Below, piece by piece: positions 20,430 to 27,755 of a stretch of 64,000 nt of DNA (position 1 is its first letter; each line of letters starts with the position of its first letter). The notes below the pieces were generated by a model, which saw only the letters and a list, made by a program, of their open reading frames with translations, ran no database searches and was not told the origin of the DNA. Origin of the DNA: Candidatus Gottesmanbacteria bacterium (GTDB taxonomy: Bacteria > Patescibacteriota > Microgenomatia > UBA10105 > UBA927); contig CAWEKC010000004.1 of the NCBI GenBank assembly GCA_963809665.1, forward strand, positions 37,172-101,171, in the 5' to 3' direction. The translations under genes and the position numbers were made by a program.

Positions 20430-22076
20430 ATGCCCGTAACGAAATTTATATTTGTATCCGGTGGTGTAATTTCCGGCCTTGGAAAAGGAATCACAACCGC
20501 CTCTATCGCACTTCTCCTTCAGAACCGCGGGTACAGAATTACCACCGTTAAGTGTGAAAATTACCTCAACATAGATGCGGGTCTCATTAACCCAATCGAA
20601 CACGGTGACCCGTACCTCTGCGAAGACGGAACGGAGGCGGACATGGACATGGGTACCTATGAAAAATTCCTTGACACGAATATGTACAGGCACAACTTCA
20701 TCACAATGGGACAGATTTATAAAACCGTTATAGACCGCGAACGAAAGTTCGGATACGACGGAGAAGATGTGGAGGCAATCCCCCATGTGACGGATGAAAT
20801 ACTCAAACGGATCAAGGCGGCAGGAGAAAAAGAAAAAACTGATATCGTCGTCGTCGAATTGGGAGGAACTGCGGGTGAATATCAGAATGCGTTATATTAT
20901 GAAGCCTCACGGATTCTCGGACGGAATAAGAAAAATACTGTTATTCATGTCCATGTCTCTTATTTACCGACACCCTCCCACCTTGGGGAGCCGAAGACCA
21001 AACCGACGCAGTTATCCGTCCGGACGTTAAACTCCATGGGAATACAACCCGACTTCATTGTCGCCAGGGCCGAAAAGGCCATGGACGAGCGGCGCCGTGC
21101 CCGTTTTGCACTTTTTTGCAATGTCGAACCGGAAAACGTGATAGACAGTATCGATCTGCCCAGTGCATATGAAACTCCCATATATCTTGCCAAACAAAAA
21201 CTTGATGAAAAGATTTTGACAATGATGAATTTACCGTTTAATTCAATTGATCTTTCCGATTGGGAGACTATGGTCGGTACAATTAAAAAGAAAAAGGAAA
21301 CACATAAAACCGTTGCAATCGTCGGCAAATATTTTGCCACAGGAGAATACCAGCTCCGGGATAGTTATGCGGCACTTATGGATGCCATTGACCACGCGGC
21401 ATGGGTGAAGGGTGTGGATGTTACGGTCAAGTGGATTCAGGCGGAAAAACTTGAGAAGGGTGATCTAGCCGAATTAAACGGTGTGGATGGTATCATCGTT
21501 CCCATCGGGTGGGGTCCGAGGGGCGTTGAAGGAAAAATTTCCGCAATTAACTTCGCACGTATCCATAAAATACCCTATCTGGGGCTTTGTTACGGCATGC
21601 AGCTTGCCGTTGTTGAATATGCCAGAAACGTTCTTCATCTAAAAGGCGCCAACACGCTTGAAGTTGATGCAGATACTGCTCACCCGGTCATACATATGAT
21701 AAACGGTCAGGATGAAATTCTTAAACGACGTGCATACGGAGGAACGATGCGCCTGGGCAGATGGGAATGCAAAGTGAAACCGAACTCCATTGCTGATGCA
21801 AGCTATATAAAGCACAAGGGCTATGACGACCCAAAAAATAAAATTGTCGGGGAACGGCACCGGCACCGGTATGAGTTTAACGACGCGTACGCGAAACAAT
21901 TTGAATCGGCTGGCTTGATCATTGCAGGCCGGTCCGTTGTCGAAAACCTCGCAGAAATTATTGAATTACCTAGATCCGTCCATCCGTTTTTTATCGGGAC
22001 TCAGTATCATCCGGAATACCGTTCCAGACCGCTGAAACCCCATGCACTATTCGTTGAGTTTGTAGCAGCTCTGTGA
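20430..22076 (+). CDS. pyrG: CTP synthase
   Basis: An N-terminal synthetase domain (FIFVSGGVISGLGKGIT) and a C-terminal class I glutamine amidotransferase (GLCYGMQ, HPE). I take the ATG at 20430 as the start rather than the TTG at 20415. Confidence 0.95.
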   Translation: MPVTKFIFVSGGVISGLGKGITTASIALLLQNRGYRITTVKCENYLNIDAGLINPIEHGDPYLCEDGTEADMDMGTYEKFLDTNMYRHNFITMGQIYKTVIDRERKFGYDGEDVEAIPHVTDEILKRIKAAGEKEKTDIVVVELGGTAGEYQNALYYEASRILGRNKKNTVIHVHVSYLPTPSHLGEPKTKPTQLSVRTLNSMGIQPDFIVARAEKAMDERRRARFALFCNVEPENVIDSIDLPSAYETPIYLAKQKLDEKILTMMNLPFNSIDLSDWETMVGTIKKKKETHKTVAIVGKYFATGEYQLRDSYAALMDAIDHAAWVKGVDVTVKWIQAEKLEKGDLAELNGVDGIIVPIGWGPRGVEGKISAINFARIHKIPYLGLCYGMQLAVVEYARNVLHLKGANTLEVDADTAHPVIHMINGQDEILKRRAYGGTMRLGRWECKVKPNSIADASYIKHKGYDDPKNKIVGERHRHRYEFNDAYAKQFESAGLIIAGRSVVENLAEIIELPRSVHPFFIGTQYHPEYRSRPLKPHALFVEFVAAL

Positions 22077-22627
22077 AAACATATACAGCTACTATCTGCG
22101 GATATACGCGAAAGATACCTCTGGTCCATAACAGCAGACGCACCCTGCTTGCAAATATAACATTCCTCGGAGACATTGAGCTCGTTAATTGTTTAGCGGA
22201 TAAACTGGCTGACAGATTTAAAGACATACACGTTGACTTTTTTGTCTGTCCCCACGTCAAAGTGACACCGCTGGTTCACGGTGTCGCGCTCCGTCTCGGG
22301 CACAAACGATTTGTAGTACTTCGGAGAAGTGTGAAACCATATATGGATGCTCCGGTGATTCTACGACCTCTCCCCGATATGCCCAAGCATGTCCAGCCGT
22401 TGGTAATAAACGGCCGCGATGCAAACCTGCTGAAAAATAAACAGGTTATCGTGATAGATGATGTGATATCCACCGGTACAACCATGCGCATGGTCGATAA
22501 ACTCATGGAAAAAGTCGGGGCAACCGTCCTTCTTAACGTTGCCGTTGTGAAGCAGGGTGTTCAACAGGAACAGATCGATCATCTCGTTTCGCTGTGCGAA
22601 TTTCCCATATTCAATGTAGAGTCTTGA
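22073..22627 (+). CDS. type I phosphoribosyltransferase-family protein
   Basis: 184 aa with a PRPP-binding motif (VIVIDDVISTGTTM). It begins at a GTG that overlaps the pyrG stop. Confidence 0.65.
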   Translation: MKTYTATICGYTRKIPLVHNSRRTLLANITFLGDIELVNCLADKLADRFKDIHVDFFVCPHVKVTPLVHGVALRLGHKRFVVLRRSVKPYMDAPVILRPLPDMPKHVQPLVINGRDANLLKNKQVIVIDDVISTGTTMRMVDKLMEKVGATVLLNVAVVKQGVQQEQIDHLVSLCEFPIFNVES

Positions 22628-22749
22628 CAAAACTAGGAGAATTCATTTATTCTAATTTTATAACAGCGTAATATCCCGTGCCTTACGGGGCAGATCATTA
22701 TGGATAAGGTAAAAAACATGCCAGCCGTGTTATTTTTTCGTTTTCAAGA

Positions 22750-24258
22750 ATGTCCCGCGCTATGGCGGGATTTTTTATGCGTACAATAGAAGCAATTGAG
22801 CGCGAGCCGTTGTTGGATCACTGCGGTATAGTCGGCATAATGAGTTCGCAGCCACTGGAATTATTCAATGTCGGGCTCAATGGTCTTGCGGCTCTTCAAA
22901 CTCGGGGTCAGGATGGAGCGGGATTTTGCGCACTTACAGATGAAGGATCCATAGTCTCGTATAAAGCAACGGGCATGATTCCAAACGTATTTACCGACGA
23001 GGTTAAAGAAACATACCGCAGAACATCGGCACGAGTGTTCGGTTACCAGACGCGATACGGAACAAACGGCTCATTTCACCCGGAAAACACCCAGCCGTTC
23101 AGTGCGTTGCATGAGCCGTCCGGAGAATCTTTTTTTGTCGCCCACAACGGGGAATTTTCCGTAAAACCAGGGGACATGGACACAAAAGCGAGCGATACCG
23201 CCAAGTTTGTACGTTCGCTGGCGCGGACTCCCGGTGATACGTGGGAATCGCGTATTCATGAAGCTCTGTCACACGAAAACGGAGCATGGAGTTTGATTAT
23301 CGGTACCGGCAATGCACTCTATTTATCCCGTGATCCGCGCGGTATCCGCCCGCTGTCATTCGGTTTCTATGCCGACCCCGAGAGCCAGGCAACTGTTTGG
23401 GCTGCGGCAAGCGAAACGTCTGCACTCGAGGCAATGCGTGTACGGGTATATTATGACGTAAAACCCGGGGAGATGATCCGTATCGATGCCAAAGGCGCAC
23501 ATTCGCTTGCCGATAATACGACCCTTTCAAAAAAAGGAGTCATCTATGCAGCATGCTCGTTTGAAGGAATATATATCGAAGAAAATTCATCCGTATTACA
23601 TCAGCCAAGAAATTCCCGTGAGCAACAAAATGCTCCGAAAGTTCAGGAATTCCGTTGTACATGCGGCAGGATTCTTGCGCGGGAATCACCGCTATCACCC
23701 GATGATGTCGATTTCGCAATAGGTATACCGGGAACCGGAATCGACGGCGGGGAAGCCTACGCCCACGTTCTGGAGATTCCGTATATCCAGGCAATTTCAG
23801 ACCGTCTTCCTCAAAATGATCCCCGTACATTTATGACAGCTGATATTGACACAATTTTACAAAAAGTCCTGATGCATTTTAAATTTGACGCAGACGTACT
23901 GCAGGGAAAACGTGTGGTGTTAATCGATGATTCCATCGTACGGGGCAATATTATGACCGGACTTGTCAGGTTGTTAAAAGAACAGTACGGGGTGAGCTCA
24001 GTTCATATACGGATTTTAAGCCCGATGATAGACGATTCGTGTTTCCTGGGAGTAAATACACGGACCAGAGAACAACTTATTGCGTATCGTGAAAATGACG
24101 ATGTGGAGCGCATACGGACCGTTCTTGGGGCGGACTCTCTGGCCTATTTATCTACGGACGGATTGAAACAAGCCTTCGGTGATAACCCGGATGGGTATTG
24201 TTACGGATGCATGATCGGACACCATCCGCCGTTTGACCGGACTGGAAATCCATTATGA
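22750..24258 (+). CDS. purF: amidophosphoribosyltransferase
   Basis: An Ntn-glutaminase domain with a propeptide ending ...DHC|GIVGI, and a C-terminal PRTase motif (VVLIDDSIVRGN). The true start may be the ATG at 22777. Confidence 0.9.
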   Translation: MSRAMAGFFMRTIEAIEREPLLDHCGIVGIMSSQPLELFNVGLNGLAALQTRGQDGAGFCALTDEGSIVSYKATGMIPNVFTDEVKETYRRTSARVFGYQTRYGTNGSFHPENTQPFSALHEPSGESFFVAHNGEFSVKPGDMDTKASDTAKFVRSLARTPGDTWESRIHEALSHENGAWSLIIGTGNALYLSRDPRGIRPLSFGFYADPESQATVWAAASETSALEAMRVRVYYDVKPGEMIRIDAKGAHSLADNTTLSKKGVIYAACSFEGIYIEENSSVLHQPRNSREQQNAPKVQEFRCTCGRILARESPLSPDDVDFAIGIPGTGIDGGEAYAHVLEIPYIQAISDRLPQNDPRTFMTADIDTILQKVLMHFKFDADVLQGKRVVLIDDSIVRGNIMTGLVRLLKEQYGVSSVHIRILSPMIDDSCFLGVNTRTREQLIAYRENDDVERIRTVLGADSLAYLSTDGLKQAFGDNPDGYCYGCMIGHHPPFDRTGNPL

Positions 24259-24959
24259 CAACCCACGAATCGTTACGGACGGCATTTTTGATATCGGGCA
24301 ACGGCAGTACGATGGAGGCCGCGGTTTTGGCAAGTAAGCGGTATTCCGATATGCATATTGACCCGGTTGTCGTTATTTCCAGCCGTCCGGACGCTCCCGG
24401 ACTGGACCGCGCACGGGCATTAGGGATTCCGGCGGAGGTATTCGTAAAAGGCGATTCACTGCTTGATTTGCTGAAAAAAAATAACGTCGAGCTGGTGGCT
24501 CAAACCGGATGGTTATTACAAACACCTCCCGAGGTTATCGAACAGTACCGCGGGATGATAATAAACCAGCACCCCGGCCGTTTGCCTGATTTCGGCGGAA
24601 AAGGAATGTACGGGGCACGAGTGACCTGTGCAACGATTGTGTTCCAGCATATGACGGGTGAACAGCATCCGTGGACCGCAAGTACCATTCATCATGTAAC
24701 AAGCGAATATGATGCGGGCGATGTCATCCAGGTATCACGGCTCAATATACTTGACTCTACGGGTGATCTGCTAACTGCAACACGACAAACGCAGAATCGT
24801 CTGCTACCCGTGGAACACGATAATGTCATAAGTGTGTTATATCGTTTTGGTAACAATTCGGTACCGCGGTCCATTCGTTCCCATTCATTTGTCAACGGGT
24901 CAGAAAAACTGTTGTTACAGGCAAAACAGATTGCCGTTCAATTATTTCCGAAGGGATAG
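24255..24959 (+). CDS. purN: phosphoribosylglycinamide formyltransferase
   Basis: A formyltransferase fold (LISGNGS...INQHPGRLPDFGG), 234 aa; overlaps purF by 4 nt. Confidence 0.75.
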   Translation: MTTHESLRTAFLISGNGSTMEAAVLASKRYSDMHIDPVVVISSRPDAPGLDRARALGIPAEVFVKGDSLLDLLKKNNVELVAQTGWLLQTPPEVIEQYRGMIINQHPGRLPDFGGKGMYGARVTCATIVFQHMTGEQHPWTASTIHHVTSEYDAGDVIQVSRLNILDSTGDLLTATRQTQNRLLPVEHDNVISVLYRFGNNSVPRSIRSHSFVNGSEKLLLQAKQIAVQLFPKG

Positions 24960-24961
24960 AT

Positions 24962-26488
24962 ATAAACAAAAAGTACGCGCTTATTTCAGTATTTGATAAA
25001 ACAGGAATAGTAGATTTTGCAGGGAAGATTATTGCGGCCGGATATACGGTGATGTCGACAGGAGGTACCGGAAAACTGCTCCGCACGGCACATATTCCAT
25101 ACATCCCCGTCGAAACCATTACGGGAAATCCCGAAAGCTTTGACGGCCGGATGAAAACGATCAGCTTCCAGATAGAAGGTGGTATTTTATTTGACCGCTC
25201 CAATCAAAAGCACAGAAAAGATGCAAAAGCTATGCATATCCCCCCCATTGATGTTGTCATTTGTAACCTGTACCCGTTTGAGAAAACACCTTCGATCGAG
25301 AATATTGACGTCGGAGGTCCGACAATGGTGCGTGCGGCTGCCAAAAATTTTAAACATGTGTTAGTGATCGTTGATCCGGCGGATTATACGAGGATTTCCG
25401 GATTGATGAGAAAAAAACGTGTTGATGAAGTCCTGCGACAAGAGCTTGCTGCCAAAGCGTTTGCTCACCTATCCCTGTACGACGCATTAGTTGCCCGGTA
25501 TTTAAACAGAGAAAAATATCCTGATGTTCTGACAATTCCTCTGCGGAAGAAAGAACAACTAAGATACGGAGACAATCCTGATCAATCAGCGGTATGGTAC
25601 GTTGAACCCGGAACCGATGCGGTCATGCCACATTTGACCATCCGTGCCGGAAGAGTTCTGTCGGCTACAAATATGAGCGATATCGATGCCGGAATTAAAT
25701 CCGTACGGCTATTCCGTGGTCCCGCTGCAACGGTTATTAAACATAACAGCCCGTGCGGCATCGGGTTGGGAAAAACCGGACACGAGGCACTAAAGAATGC
25801 GCTTGAATCCGATCCGGAATCAGCATTCGGCGGTGTTGTTGTTATGAATGTTCCGATGACCATACGGGCGGCTGTCGTTATTGCCGCCTTCAAAGAGCAA
25901 GGTCGCGGCATGATGGATATTGTTGCAGTTCCCGATATTACCGACGACGCGCTTGCAATGGTAACAAAAGTACGGAAAACCACAGGGGTCTATACGTTCG
26001 GCGTTATTCGACCCCATTCTCCGAACAAACGGTTCGTGCGATGGATAGACGGCGGAATCATTCTTCAAAACGAAAATAATCCTACTGATAGTCTTACAAC
26101 ATGGAAGGTTGTTACAAATAAACGGCCCACAAAACGTCAGCTTGAACAAATGAAAATTATCTGGACTGCCATCGCCAGAATCCGCTCCAATACTGTCGCA
26201 GTCATCGATCGTAAACTGCCGATTATCAGAGGCATCGGGTCGGGCCAGACGTCCCGTGTACTTGCAACGAAAATTGCATTGGAACGGGCCGGTACGTTTA
26301 CCCGTGGTGGAATTCTGGCAAGCGATAGCTTTTTTCCTTTTGATGACAGCATAAAGCTTGCCGCAAAGGCAGGTATTGCTGCCATCATCCAACAAGGAGG
26401 ATCAATCCGTGACAAGGATTCCATTGACGCCGCAAATGCCGCAGGAATCTCAATGGTTTTCACCGGCCAGCGGCTTTTTTGGCATTAG
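24962..26488 (+). CDS. purH: bifunctional AICAR transformylase/IMP cyclohydrolase
   Basis: An MGS-like N-terminus (KKYALISVFDKTGIVDFA...MSTGGT) and the AICARFT domain. The conserved N-terminus lies upstream of the first ATG (25049). The frame is open back to an ATA at 24962, which is preceded by an AAGGGA Shine-Dalgarno 5 nt upstream, so the start is non-ATG or reflects a base error. Confidence 0.85.
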   Translation: MNKKYALISVFDKTGIVDFAGKIIAAGYTVMSTGGTGKLLRTAHIPYIPVETITGNPESFDGRMKTISFQIEGGILFDRSNQKHRKDAKAMHIPPIDVVICNLYPFEKTPSIENIDVGGPTMVRAAAKNFKHVLVIVDPADYTRISGLMRKKRVDEVLRQELAAKAFAHLSLYDALVARYLNREKYPDVLTIPLRKKEQLRYGDNPDQSAVWYVEPGTDAVMPHLTIRAGRVLSATNMSDIDAGIKSVRLFRGPAATVIKHNSPCGIGLGKTGHEALKNALESDPESAFGGVVVMNVPMTIRAAVVIAAFKEQGRGMMDIVAVPDITDDALAMVTKVRKTTGVYTFGVIRPHSPNKRFVRWIDGGIILQNENNPTDSLTTWKVVTNKRPTKRQLEQMKIIWTAIARIRSNTVAVIDRKLPIIRGIGSGQTSRVLATKIALERAGTFTRGGILASDSFFPFDDSIKLAAKAGIAAIIQQGGSIRDKDSIDAANAAGISMVFTGQRLFWH

Positions 26489-26492
26489 CAGT

Positions 26493-27755
26493 ATGAAGGA
26501 AAAAATCCTGGTTATCGGCGGAGGCGGAAGGGAACATGCAATCGGATGGAAATTAGCAACGGAGGCCCCTACACGTGAACTTTATTTTGCACCGGGCAAC
26601 GGCGGGACCCAAACCATCGGCAAAAATCTGGATATCCCGGTGACGGATACAACAGGACTTACGCGTTTTGCTTCCGATAATAATATAGATGTAACCGTTG
26701 TCGGCCCGGAAGCATCGCTTGAAGCCGGTGTCGTTGACGCATTTAATGAAGAAAACCTTCCCATATTCGGACCATCACGCAGTGCTGCCCGGCTTGAAAC
26801 GGATAAAGCGTTTGCGGTGCGGTTTATGGAAACCTACGGAATACCTCATCCTGAATCCGTACCATTCACCGATTTTGATAAGGCAAAAGAATATATATTG
26901 CGTAAAGGAGCCTGTCAAATTGTTATCAAAGCGTCGGGGTTAGCAAGCGGTAAAGGAGTATTTTTACCGGAAAACGATACCGAAGCGTTTCAGATACTCG
27001 ATAACTTACTGTGTAAACATACGCTATCCGCGGCCGGTGAAACAGTAGTTTTACAGGAACGGTTAATGGGACCTGAAATATCCATGCTCGCATTCAGTGA
27101 CGGGAATCGCGTGATCCCGCTTCTTCCGGCACAGGATCATAAACGATTATATGAGGATGATGCCGGACCAAATACCGGAGGGATGGGGACGGTTGCCGGT
27201 GTGCCTTTTGTAACACCTGACATGATGCATGAGATTCACAGGACAATCCTGCAGCCCACGGTTGACGGCATGCGGGACGAAGGATGTCCGTATAAAGGAA
27301 TTCTGTTTGCCGGTCTTATGATGACACGGTCGGGGCCATCGGTCCTGGAATATAACGCACGCTTCGGTGATCCGGAAACACAACCGCTCCTCATGCTCAT
27401 GCGTTCTCCGCTTGCTCCCATACTTCGGTCGTGCATTGCAGAATCATTGAATGAAAATCAGATTATGTTTAAAAACGGATCGGCTGCATGCGTCGTCTTG
27501 GCAAGTGAAGGATATCCGGATGCACCCGTTCTCGGGCGGGAAATATTCGGTTTAAATTCGGTCGCTGATCCCAATATAATTGTATTTCATGCGGGAACGA
27601 TACTGAAAAACGGGCATCTGACAACCCACGGCGGACGCGTGTTGGGAGTGACCGCATATGATAAGACTCTTCAGGGAGCTCTGAGCCGTGCATACGCCGC
27701 CATCGGTCCGGACGGCATACATTTTGACGGAATGCACTACAGAACTGATCTATGA
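26493..27755 (+). CDS. purD: phosphoribosylamine-glycine ligase
   Basis: An ATP-grasp enzyme (MKEKILVIGGGGREHAI...). The start is the internal ATG just after the purH stop. Confidence 0.9.
   Translation: MKEKILVIGGGGREHAIGWKLATEAPTRELYFAPGNGGTQTIGKNLDIPVTDTTGLTRFASDNNIDVTVVGPEASLEAGVVDAFNEENLPIFGPSRSAARLETDKAFAVRFMETYGIPHPESVPFTDFDKAKEYILRKGACQIVIKASGLASGKGVFLPENDTEAFQILDNLLCKHTLSAAGETVVLQERLMGPEISMLAFSDGNRVIPLLPAQDHKRLYEDDAGPNTGGMGTVAGVPFVTPDMMHEIHRTILQPTVDGMRDEGCPYKGILFAGLMMTRSGPSVLEYNARFGDPETQPLLMLMRSPLAPILRSCIAESLNENQIMFKNGSAACVVLASEGYPDAPVLGREIFGLNSVADPNIIVFHAGTILKNGHLTTHGGRVLGVTAYDKTLQGALSRAYAAIGPDGIHFDGMHYRTDL

Noticed and set aside
22640-22750. A purine, ZTP or PRPP riboswitch upstream of purF.
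   Set aside because: I could not find the conserved purine-riboswitch P1/J2-3 signature, nor the ZTP pseudoknot GGGUCGUGAC...CCGGGCGGA-like elements. Only a generic hairpin and U-tract is present (reported separately).
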